DNA of 64,000 bases, taken from positions 1,408,001-1,472,000 of the forward strand of contig CAXXGO010000006.1 of the NCBI GenBank assembly GCA_963666835.2. Direction: 5' to 3'. The first letter of the stretch is position 1, and each line of letters opens with the position of its first letter. The translations under genes and the position numbers were made by a program. This stretch comes from Phycisphaerae bacterium. Lineage in GTDB: Bacteria > Planctomycetota > Phycisphaerae > UBA1845. The notes under the pieces are model-generated. The model did not search any database. It saw only the letters and a program-made list of their open reading frames with translations, and was not told the DNA's origin. Shown here piece by piece: positions 36,947 through 46,081 of the stretch.

Positions 36947-38935
36947 GTGGTTCGTAGAAGATCCCAAAAACCGGCCGATCCACCCAAGCCTCAACTGACG
37001 GAAGACGCTTCGCAGGCCGGTTGGCCCCGCCTTGCTCCGTTGTTGATCGTGGCTGCGGCCGTCATCGCGTACGCCAACAGCTTCTCCGGGGCGTTTGTCT
37101 TTGACGATACGTACCACATCGTCAACAACCCCCGCATTACCCAGCTTTCGCCGGTGACGAACGTTATTGCCGGAGCCCGCCGCCCGGTCGTCGAGCTGTC
37201 GCTGGCCGTCAACTATGCGCTGGGTGGGGGGCTCGAGAGCAGCCGCGGCTTCCACATCTTCAATCTGATAGTACACATCCTGGCTGCGATGACCCTGACC
37301 GGGGTCCTACGCGCGACCCTCGACCGGCCGGTGCTGAGCCGGCTTTTCGGGGCATCGGCAAGAACCTGGCTGCCCCTCATTGTTGCCCTCATCTGGGTCG
37401 TTCACCCGCTACAGACGCAGAGCGTGACGTACATAATCCAGCGTGGTGAGTCACTAATGGGGCTGTTCTACCTGCTGACGCTCTACTGCGTGATCCGCGG
37501 AGCGGAATCGCCGCATCGTATGATCTGGTACGCAGCGGCCGTCGCAAGCTGTGCCTTAGGCATGGGGGCCAAGGCGGTCATGGTTACGGCCCCGTTGGTT
37601 GTGCTGCTCTTCGACCGGACGTTCATCGGGGGGTCTTTCCGTGCTGCGCTTCGGCGCCGGTGGGGGCTGTATGTTGCCCTTTTTGCCACGTGGCTGGTCT
37701 TGGTTCCCACGGGGGTTGTGCGCGGTGTGCTCGGAACGAGCCACGCCCGGGCTTCGGTTGGATTCTCGTGCAAGGACTTTACGCCTTTCGAGTATCTGCT
37801 GACCCAGACCGGTGTTTTGCTTCATTATCTGAGGCTTTCGATATGGCCTTATCCGCTGTGTTTGGATTACGAGTGGCCGATTGCCCGATCGATTGGCGAG
37901 GTTATCCCGGCCGGTGCCGTTATCGTTGTTCTTTTGTTGGTTACGGCGTGGGGTCTTTGGCGCAAGCCGGTGTGGGGGTTCGTGGGGGCGTGGTTCTTCA
38001 TCATCCTGGGGCCGACGTCCAGTATCGTGCCCATTCGTGATCCTGTTTTCGAACATCGGATGTACCTCCCACTGGCTGCGGTCCTGGTTGCGATTGTGCT
38101 TGCAGGGCACGCGCTGCTCGTTCGCCTGGCTCCTGCCGGCCGGGTGCGGCAGAGGATTGCCGCGGCGATGATCGTGGTCGTAGTCCTGCTCTTCGTAGTC
38201 ATGACCCTCAAGCGCAACACCGCTTATGCCAGTGAGATGACTATGTGGGCGGATGTGGTTAACCAGCAGCCGGACAACGGTCGTGCCCGGTATAACCTGG
38301 CTAATGCACTGCTCAAGGCCGGGCGGATTGCTGATGCCATCCCCGTGTCGCATGAGGCGATTCGTCTGCGTCCCGACCACGCTCCGTCTTATTATGACTT
38401 GGGGGTGGCGTTGCAGAGGCAGAAGAAGACGGCGGAGGCGATGGACGCGTACCGCACGGCCGTGAGGCTCGATCCGGACCACGCCAGTGGCCATCTGAAC
38501 TTGGGGGTGCTACTCCGCCAATCCGGGGATATTGAAGGGGCGATCGCCGAGTATCGCGAGACCTTACGGGTGGTCCCGGATCATCCGCGGGCTTGCTACA
38601 ACCTGGGGAACGCTCTGATGATTCAGGGGCGCGAGGAGGAGGCGGTGGCGTCCTATCGCGAGGCGGTGCGGATCGACCCGGGCCATGTTAAGGCTCGTAT
38701 CAAGATCGCTAAGTCGTTGGTTCGGCGCGGTCTGATCGAGGACGCGATTCGGGAATACCAAGATGCCCTTCGGGTGCAGCCGTATCATCCGGACGTACAC
38801 TATAACCTGGGCGCAGCTTTGCTGGAGGCGGGCCGAGTCTCCGAGGCGGTCGAGTCGTTCGAGAGGACGTTACAGATCCAGCCCAGCCACAAGGCCGCCC
38901 GCGAGGCGCTGGCGGCCGTGCGGAATCAGCAGTAA
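36947..38935 (+). CDS. TMTC-like GT-C membrane protein with C-terminal TPR repeats
   Basis: YANSFSGAFVFDD..NNP, RP, HPLQTQSVTYIIQR, PLCLDY, EHRMYLP, followed by about 6 TPRs. Confidence 0.88.
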   Translation: MVRRRSQKPADPPKPQLTEDASQAGWPRLAPLLIVAAAVIAYANSFSGAFVFDDTYHIVNNPRITQLSPVTNVIAGARRPVVELSLAVNYALGGGLESSRGFHIFNLIVHILAAMTLTGVLRATLDRPVLSRLFGASARTWLPLIVALIWVVHPLQTQSVTYIIQRGESLMGLFYLLTLYCVIRGAESPHRMIWYAAAVASCALGMGAKAVMVTAPLVVLLFDRTFIGGSFRAALRRRWGLYVALFATWLVLVPTGVVRGVLGTSHARASVGFSCKDFTPFEYLLTQTGVLLHYLRLSIWPYPLCLDYEWPIARSIGEVIPAGAVIVVLLLVTAWGLWRKPVWGFVGAWFFIILGPTSSIVPIRDPVFEHRMYLPLAAVLVAIVLAGHALLVRLAPAGRVRQRIAAAMIVVVVLLFVVMTLKRNTAYASEMTMWADVVNQQPDNGRARYNLANALLKAGRIADAIPVSHEAIRLRPDHAPSYYDLGVALQRQKKTAEAMDAYRTAVRLDPDHASGHLNLGVLLRQSGDIEGAIAEYRETLRVVPDHPRACYNLGNALMIQGREEEAVASYREAVRIDPGHVKARIKIAKSLVRRGLIEDAIREYQDALRVQPYHPDVHYNLGAALLEAGRVSEAVESFERTLQIQPSHKAAREALAAVRNQQ

Positions 38936-38957
38936 GCGACAAGTCTGTGACAATGAG

Positions 38958-39043
38958 GTAGGGCAGGTCGAGGCACGAGACCTGCCGCGGTTTTCGCGTG
39001 TCGCGCGCTATTGTGGCAGGTCTCGTACCTCGACCTGGTCTAC
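38958..39043. repeat. Inverted doublet of a GTAG-type REP (GTAGGGCAGGTCGAGGCACGAGACCTGCC)
   Basis: 38958-38986 and inverted 39015-39043; further copies at 39452, 44878, 45250, 45963, 61120 and 61270. Confidence 0.88.
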
Positions 39044-39064
39044 GGCTTCCGTATTAGCCTGTGA

Positions 39065-39358
39065 GGGCGGAAGCTCCTCAGAGCCCGTGGCGCAAGCCAC
39101 GGGAATGCGGGAGCCAGGTGAACGAAGCCCCGGTAGGGGCGGCACTTGGTAAGGACGGCGTTCGATATGTCGCGCACGCGGCAGCGACGGACGTGCGAGC
39201 AGGAGTATGCGGTGTTACTAGTGCGGCACGGGCTTGCGGATGACGAGCGTCGCATTGGTTCAAGTGTCGCCCCTGACGGGGCTTGGTTGCATGGGGCGAT
39301 TCGGACCCGCGGCTGACGCCGCGGGCTCAGAAGAGCTGTCGCCCCTGGCGGGGCTGGT
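39065..39358. repeat. Long composite inverted repeat (second REP-like family)
   Basis: agcccgtggcgcaagccacggg / aagccccggtaggggcggcactt are mirrored by aagtgtcgcccctgacggggctt / cccgcggctgacgccgcgggct. Confidence 0.7.
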
Positions 39359-39566
39359 GACGCGAGGCTGAGTGTTATGAAAGCGGCACGTAGCGCGCGA
39401 GGTCGGGTGTTGTGGAAGCACGGACGTGGCAACGAGGTCTCGGCAGGTCTCGGCAGGTCTCGTACCTCGACCTGCCCTACGCCTAGTGTCGGACGGGTGG
39501 CATTAGGCAACTTGGTAGCCCGTGATTTACAGTCTCCTCGCCACGAGTGGCCTTGCGAATCGGAGC

Positions 39567-40559
39567 TCATGTTACTTCCTGGATGGTTGCCGTTGCCAAT
39601 ACGGCCATCAGCTGTGATGCCACCGCCACGGCCCAGGCGTGCGGCATGCGTAAGTACAGCTTGTATCCTCGCGAAAGCGCGTAAACCACAACCACAAGGA
39701 ACAACCATAGAACATCGGGGTCAAGCGGCCGGAAACACGAGTACGAGGCTAAGCTAAGGACGTAGCCCAGCAAGAAAGCGAGACCGACGAACGGCGCCAG
39801 CATCAAAGGTAGGGCATAGGCCCAGACACGCACCACGTGCGCAGTTCGCACTTTGCATCGGCGCATCGACTGCTGAAAGACCAGCAAGGCCAGAAACGAA
39901 CACAGCAGCCAGAGCCCGGTCGTCTCCACTATCGATGACGTTTGCCAATCGCTTAGCGCATCCCAGATGAACCCGGGCAAGTCACTTACGTTCCCGTTAG
40001 TCTGTCGCCCCCATGTGCCCAACCCGAGTCGCAGATACCACCGCGCCCGGAGCCACTCTCCAAGCCCCATGACCGGGACGAGCACCGCCCCGAACAGAAT
40101 GAAGCCGATGAAGACCTGCCCGAGAAGCGGTCGGATCTGCGGCGGGTCATGCAGGTCGAGCGTTGACCAGAGGCGTTTCGGGCGGGCGGCCAGGCACCAT
40201 GTTCCGAGCAACGACCTGACGGGTTGGTCGCGCCAACGGTACTCGAACACGAGCTTCTTGCGGCGGTGATATTCAGCCAGAGCGTCTTCCCAGGTGAATT
40301 GCGTACCGCATTCCGGGCACCGGGTCTCGGTTAGGCCGCAGAGGTGATAGCCGCACTCTCCACAGACGAGCTTCTCGAGCGGAATCGCCTCGGACCAATC
40401 GAACGTCAAGTCGCAAGCCGGGCACTGTGGCTTGCTGAGCCCACGCAAGTTGTGCCCGCACCTGGCACACGCGACGTCAAACGGGACAGCGTCCCAGTCC
40501 GGTGCGAGGGCATCGGCGTGGTTTATGATGGGTTCGCTTGCTGGAGCTGTCGCAGTCAT
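39567..40559 (-). CDS. Membrane protein with two N-terminal Zn-ribbon motifs
   Basis: CARCGHNLRGL..CPAC and CGECGYHLCGL..RCPECG, then several TMs. Confidence 0.75.
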   Translation of the reverse strand: MTATAPASEPIINHADALAPDWDAVPFDVACARCGHNLRGLSKPQCPACDLTFDWSEAIPLEKLVCGECGYHLCGLTETRCPECGTQFTWEDALAEYHRRKKLVFEYRWRDQPVRSLLGTWCLAARPKRLWSTLDLHDPPQIRPLLGQVFIGFILFGAVLVPVMGLGEWLRARWYLRLGLGTWGRQTNGNVSDLPGFIWDALSDWQTSSIVETTGLWLLCSFLALLVFQQSMRRCKVRTAHVVRVWAYALPLMLAPFVGLAFLLGYVLSLASYSCFRPLDPDVLWLFLVVVVYALSRGYKLYLRMPHAWAVAVASQLMAVLATATIQEVT

Positions 40560-40901
40560 GTCATAGCCCCCCAAACACCCCTTTGCTATAGCTTGCGATA
40601 CGCGCGCCGGCAATGGCTGGTCGATATCATCCAGAACCGCCCGCCCGCACTCGGGACACACGCCGGAGGTATTACCGGTAAGATTGTAGCCAGATTCCCG
40701 GCGGTTCTCCAACGGGTGCGACGTATCTCAGGCGTACAATTACGCGGGGAAGGTGCCGGGCGACGCACTGCGGCGGCTATCGGTGCGTAGGTGGCCTTCT
40801 GGTTGAGGCGTCGGCTTTTGCACTTGTGTTGCCACGGCGGTTTGCGGTAAGATGACGGCCTGGGGTGACAATGCGGTTCCGATCTATTGGGGAGAAAACA
40901 A

Positions 40902-41999
40902 ATGAGTGATTTCTCGGTTCGCAGACATGGTAGCGTTATGCGCGCAAGCGCGTGCGCATTGGTTGGGGTATTACTGCTCGGGTCGCTTTCCGTTCTGGAA
41001 GCGCAAACGCCGCAGAAGGACCCGGCGGCGGCGGACATTGAGCGGATACAGAAGGACTACGTCGAGGCGTATCAGCAGAAGGACTGGCCGCGGGCCGTCG
41101 AGCTGTGCCTCGAGTTCAACCGACTGGTTCCCGACAACAGCAGGCACCAGTACAACCTGGGCTGCGTTTACTCGCTTAATGGGGAGCCGGATAAGGCCGT
41201 CAAATGGCTCAATCGGGCGGCCGCGAACGGCTTCTCGTTGCTGAGGCTGTTCGAAAACGATTCTGATCTTGACAATGTGCGATCGCACCCGGGGTACTTA
41301 GAGGCGCTGGCGGTTGTTAAGGAGACCCGGGCTAAGGAGCTTGTTGCGCTGCGGGCGAAGTTCGAGAACGTGCCTATGCACGTCGTGCTTCCGCCCAACT
41401 TCGACAAGGACAAGGCCACCCCGTTGATCGTGGCCTTGCACGGAAAGGGTGGCAGGGCTACGGGGATCGCCGGCCAATGGCGTAAGCTGGCGGCCGAGAT
41501 GGGGGCGATACTCATTGCCCCACAGGCGGTGACCCGGCACGGCGGCGGGTTCAGTTGGAACAAGGCGGATACCAACTACGACTATGGAGATAACGCGGAG
41601 TTCCTGCTAGGGCTGACTGTCGAATTCGCCTCGAAGAACTATCGAATCGACTGGGACCGGGCGGTATTGACCGGCTTTTCCGAGGGGGGAGCGGTCTGTC
41701 GATCGGTCGGACCCCGCCCGCCCCACGTGTTCGCCGGCGTTATCCCGATGGGGTGTGATTATCTCCCCGAGTTCGACAAGCCCACCCCGGCCGTCGGCTC
41801 CCGAGCGCCGAGATTTTACTTCATGGCCGGGGCGCTGGATCCCGTAGTCCCGGCCGACCAACAGCGTCTGGCGGCCAAGGACTTCACGGCCGCCGGCTTC
41901 GAGACGGAGTATTTCATCTACCCGAACGTCGGCCACGCGTTCCCGCTCAACCGGGACGAGGAATTGCGGAAGGCAGTCGAGTTTGTGTTGCAGCGGTAG
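40902..41999 (+). CDS. Secreted TPR + alpha/beta-hydrolase (phospholipase/carboxylesterase-like) protein
   Basis: Signal peptide, YNLGCVYSL..A..G..DSDL, PLIVALHG, LTGFSEGG (GxSxG), GALDPVV, VGH. Confidence 0.85.
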   Translation: MSDFSVRRHGSVMRASACALVGVLLLGSLSVLEAQTPQKDPAAADIERIQKDYVEAYQQKDWPRAVELCLEFNRLVPDNSRHQYNLGCVYSLNGEPDKAVKWLNRAAANGFSLLRLFENDSDLDNVRSHPGYLEALAVVKETRAKELVALRAKFENVPMHVVLPPNFDKDKATPLIVALHGKGGRATGIAGQWRKLAAEMGAILIAPQAVTRHGGGFSWNKADTNYDYGDNAEFLLGLTVEFASKNYRIDWDRAVLTGFSEGGAVCRSVGPRPPHVFAGVIPMGCDYLPEFDKPTPAVGSRAPRFYFMAGALDPVVPADQQRLAAKDFTAAGFETEYFIYPNVGHAFPLNRDEELRKAVEFVLQR

Positions 42000-42297
42000 G
42001 CAGCCGTTGATGAAGGCAGTCTGAAGTGACGCGATGTGACACCGTGATCGGTGCATCGAAAGACGTAGCTCTTGGTCGCCGATCACTGGTGGAGTTTCGC
42101 TTTGTGACCGGGGGGCAGCTCGATCGGAGAGACGGTTCCAGGCCGGGATGTCTCACCCGCCGCTTTTGTTGCGTTGCTTGAACATGCGGCTCGATTGTGC
42201 TATCCTAATCGTTGCATCATACGGTTGGTGGAGCAGGGTCCGATTTTGACCGGCAGGGTCGGTCGTATCCGCGGGGAAACGGACGAGGGGAAGAGGC

Positions 42298-44451
42298 ATG
42301 CGTGGTTTACTATCCCGACGGCTTGTCTTGGTGGTTCTTGGTGCCGGTGTTCTCATTGCATTGTCGAACACGGCAGAGGCCGAGCCTGCGGCGGAATTGC
42401 AGAGCACGCTCGTCGCTCGTTCATGGCAAGCGCCTCCTGAGGGTCTGGATTGCCCCGCCGGCCTGATTGACAGGCGTGATGTCGTTGCCCACCCGGACCA
42501 TCGCAGTGACACTACTAATATGACGGCGCTATCCGTCGACATCGTGGACCGGTATGGCGACCCCATCACGGCATCGGCAGGGCATAGCTTCTGGGTGCGC
42601 ATCACGTTCGAGTACGTGAATCCGACTTGTGAAGACTATGCTATTCGCCGCACAGTCAATGGCTGGTCGAACACGGCGCCGGAGGGCAACTGGGGTTGCG
42701 GATACAGTGGGTCGACCTGGTGGTACCACTATTGGGGACCGTGGGTCATGCACCACGGCGGCATCTACTCGACCACCGTTACCCTCGACGCAAATAACGC
42801 CATCGCCGAGTCTAACGAATTCGACAACACCCTAACGATTGATTTCCCCGTGTCCGGGGACGTTACGGAGGAGTGGGATCTGGTGCACGCCGAGGCTGGG
42901 GTTCAGTTGCTCGGAGACGGCACCGACGTGATCGTCGGCACGATGGACGACGCTTTCGACTACATTCATCCTTGGTTTGCAGGAACCGATTCGGTTGGTC
43001 GTCCGCGGCTGGTGGCCTCTCACCAGAACGCCCTGGGCTTGGGAGGCAGTCCAGTCAACTCCTTGCACGCGACCGGAGTCATGGGCATCGTGTTGGCTCG
43101 CGGCACAAACGTTGGGGACGTCACTGGTTTGGCACCTGATGCCCGCTATGTTACGGCCGAGTTCATCAACCGCGCCGAAATACCCGGGCATCCCGTTATG
43201 CACGTGCTGGACGCGGTGGGTTTTCTTGTGGATCACGACGTCGATGTGATAAACATGAGTTGGTCTTGGTGGTCGGGTACAGGGGCGGCTTCGGAAAGCG
43301 GGGAGACGGCGTGGACGAACCTGATGGCCGATTATCTGGCGTATGACCGGAACATCGTTTGTGTGGCAGCGGTCAATCAGTTGGACGCTTATGTGCGGCC
43401 GACGGCGCCGGGCTCGTCTCGAAACGTCATCACCGTTGGCGGGCTTGACGACAGTCTTGAGCGCGCATGGGGCCAGCAAGACTACGGTCCAACACTCGAT
43501 GGCCGCTGCAAGCCGGATCTACTCGGTAACGACTCCGCCAACGCCGTAACGTCGAATCCGCATTGGAGGAACGGTATTCCCGCGGCGGAGGGTTGGTGCG
43601 GAACGAGTTTCGCGACCCCGTTTGTGACGGGTGCCGTCGCACAGATGCTCGATTACGCGAGGCATCACGGGCAGAACGAGGACCATCGAGTCATCAAGGC
43701 CGTCATTATGAACTCAGCCGCCAAGGCGTTGGACGATGACGGCAGCTCGTGGTCACATTCCGAGACGGTTCCGCTCGACAACCAACAGGGCACCGGAGTG
43801 CTCGATTTGGAGCGAGTGCATGCTATGTACTCCGCCGGTCAGCAGGCGGCGGGTACCGTGGTCGTGCCGGGCTACGACTTCGCTATGATTGTCGGGACTG
43901 CTGCCGAGCCACCGTCCGGGGGAGAGGTTGTCTATGTTCTTGGCTGTCCGGTGGCCTTTCAGGCTGAACTGGAAGCGACGCTCGTTTGGGATCGTCACGC
44001 GTTGTGGTACGACGCTAACGACAACGATGTGATCGACTCCAGTGACACGTTCTACCATGATTACTGGGACGCGCAGGACAACTTAGATCTGACCTTGTAC
44101 CGCGACGGCGTTCCGGTGGCTTCATCGTGCAGCACGATCGACAATGTGGAGCACATCTATGTTCCCGATGCTCCGCAAGGCCTCTATCAACTTGTCGTTC
44201 AGCGACTGGCGGTACCCAACTCCGGAGCCGATGAGGATTTCGCTCTGGCCTGGGATTCGACAGTCTCTTGGGCCTTCCCGGATGTGGACCACGACATGGA
44301 CGTCGATCTGGCAGACTTTGCCCGCTTTCAACGTTGCTGCCATACTTCTACAGCGGAGTGTTTGGAGGACTTTGATTTCAACCGTTCGGGCAACGTTGAC
44401 CTTGGCGAGTTTGCGGTGATCTACGCCACAATGATCGGAGTGGCTCCGTAG
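42298..44451 (+). CDS. Secreted S8 subtilisin-like peptidase with CARDB-like and dockerin-like domains
   Basis: VGTMDD, HATGVMG, KPDL, GTSFATPFVTGAVA (catalytic Ser); IAESNEFDN; C-terminal DVDHDMDVDLADFARFQ. Confidence 0.88.
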   Translation: MRGLLSRRLVLVVLGAGVLIALSNTAEAEPAAELQSTLVARSWQAPPEGLDCPAGLIDRRDVVAHPDHRSDTTNMTALSVDIVDRYGDPITASAGHSFWVRITFEYVNPTCEDYAIRRTVNGWSNTAPEGNWGCGYSGSTWWYHYWGPWVMHHGGIYSTTVTLDANNAIAESNEFDNTLTIDFPVSGDVTEEWDLVHAEAGVQLLGDGTDVIVGTMDDAFDYIHPWFAGTDSVGRPRLVASHQNALGLGGSPVNSLHATGVMGIVLARGTNVGDVTGLAPDARYVTAEFINRAEIPGHPVMHVLDAVGFLVDHDVDVINMSWSWWSGTGAASESGETAWTNLMADYLAYDRNIVCVAAVNQLDAYVRPTAPGSSRNVITVGGLDDSLERAWGQQDYGPTLDGRCKPDLLGNDSANAVTSNPHWRNGIPAAEGWCGTSFATPFVTGAVAQMLDYARHHGQNEDHRVIKAVIMNSAAKALDDDGSSWSHSETVPLDNQQGTGVLDLERVHAMYSAGQQAAGTVVVPGYDFAMIVGTAAEPPSGGEVVYVLGCPVAFQAELEATLVWDRHALWYDANDNDVIDSSDTFYHDYWDAQDNLDLTLYRDGVPVASSCSTIDNVEHIYVPDAPQGLYQLVVQRLAVPNSGADEDFALAWDSTVSWAFPDVDHDMDVDLADFARFQRCCHTSTAECLEDFDFNRSGNVDLGEFAVIYATMIGVAP

Positions 44452-44473
44452 CACGGGATGACGGGCGATGCGC

Positions 44474-44677
44474 TCACGGCGCGAGCGGATTGCCGCATCG
44501 CGGGCAAAGTGCGGCTGCCCCGGGGAGGCTGCACCCGCAAAGAGGACAGAGGGCGGCGGGAGATGCTGCGGACCACTTCATCTTTGTGATTATGTAAGCT
44601 GCAAGCGACCCGACACCCATCGATCCGACGCAGAGGAACGGTATGATCAGAAACGCGATTACCGCAGTGGAGGTCAC
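44474..44677 (-). CDS. Small membrane protein with a C-terminal Zn ribbon
   Basis: GTG start after GGAGG; hydrophobic segment then CPLCG..CPRCG. Confidence 0.5.
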   Translation of the reverse strand: MTSTAVIAFLIIPFLCVGSMGVGSLAAYIITKMKWSAASPAALCPLCGCSLPGAAALCPRCGNPLAP

Positions 44678-45093
44678 TTCGCTTTCGCCTCCAACTCCTC
44701 CCAACGGGCGGGGTGGCCCATGTCCTTTTGTGTTTAGAGCGCGTTGCGGTTTGTCGCAGGTCATACGGCGCCAAACACGTTGGACATGGGGGAGCCGATG
44801 ATATGCGCGCGCCAGTGCGGCCGGTCTCGTAGCGCAGGCATCTTGCCTGCAGTATGGTGCATAACACACGGTATCACGGCAGGTCTCGTTCCTCGAGCAT
44901 GCCCTACGACCTGGGGTCACGGTTACATCGAAGATCAACGGGGTCGTGGCGTTGTTCAACCCGCTTCGGGGTTGGTGCGGGAAGGGGCTTTGTGACCCAG
45001 GGTGGCACTGCGCGGCTACGCCGCTTCGTTTACCCTGGGCTTTGTTGTTGAACGCCTTCGGCGTACGTTCGGAAGATGCACGTCGCACATAGA

Positions 45094-45237
45094 GTAACCG
45101 TTCACGGGGTCCACACCCTGAAAAACAAGGGCTTTTCGTCGCAGTCGGTTCAGAAAAGTGCTCGAATCAGGTCCGCGGCGCCTGCAAAAACGCCGTCTGG
45201 AGAGCGCCAGGGTCGATTCGACCCCGTGAACGGTTAC
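45094..45237. mobile_element. MITE-like element, 144 bp
   Basis: Perfect 18-bp TIR gtaaccgttcacggggtc / gaccccgtgaacggttac; flanks cacataga / cacaaaga (8-bp TSD, 1 mismatch). Confidence 0.8.
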
Positions 45238-45289
45238 CACAAAGAACACGGCAGGTCTCGTGCCTCGACCTGCCCTGCGCGCTGCGTCA

Positions 45290-45760
45290 TCAAACTGTGT
45301 CTATATCCACACAGTACTCTCCCACAGGTTCCTTCAAGTTGCGGTGAGCACACGCCCAACGAATCAACTGGTCCCCATCGTAATCCGCTGGAGACAGTTT
45401 TCTCATTTGATTGTAATACGTTTCCGTGCTGATCACGCCTGAATCATGTTTCTCCGTCAACCGTCTTATCTCGTCGAACTCCAACGCGAAGACAGTACGC
45501 TCAACAAGACAGGACTGGCCTACTGTCACAAGCTCAAAGAAACGTCGGACTCGCGAGTGCCGACTCGCATCGCCTTCAGCTTCTTCGTACTGAACGTAGG
45601 ACAGGAAAACAGAGAGCACGTTCTCCAGCTTGGGCTCCAATTCCAGATCCGACTCTGCTTCGTAGTATTCGTACACGAAGCGCCGGACATCAGAGAACTC
45701 GCTTCTCCCCATCAGATAATCCCGAATACGCGACAGCAATTGCTCAAGGGTAAGCAACAT
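45290..45760 (-). CDS. Hypothetical protein
   Basis: 156-aa acidic helical ORF with a GAGG RBS, located between REP copies. Confidence 0.6.
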   Translation of the reverse strand: MLLTLEQLLSRIRDYLMGRSEFSDVRRFVYEYYEAESDLELEPKLENVLSVFLSYVQYEEAEGDASRHSRVRRFFELVTVGQSCLVERTVFALEFDEIRRLTEKHDSGVISTETYYNQMRKLSPADYDGDQLIRWACAHRNLKEPVGEYCVDIDTV

Positions 45761-46081
45761 CCTCGTCCCTTTGCATCTTCACATTCCGAGTCGCCGCCGA
45801 GCCTCGACTGCGGATACTGTTGACGCCGCGTCAGGGAACGTCATCGTTATTGAGCCCGGCTTGAAGGTGATAAGAACTCGTCTTTCATGTTGATCTTCCT
45901 GTTGCCTAACAGTAAACGGCAGAGTCACGGAGTACCGCACATTGGCCTCCTTTCATAATTACGGCAGGTCTCGTTCCTCGACCATGCCCTACGAGTAGAG
46001 AAGTGACCGGATTCTGGCACATACACGGGTCAACAAGCTAACCCTTGCCACCCGACCCGGGTCCCTCCTTTACCGCAGACG

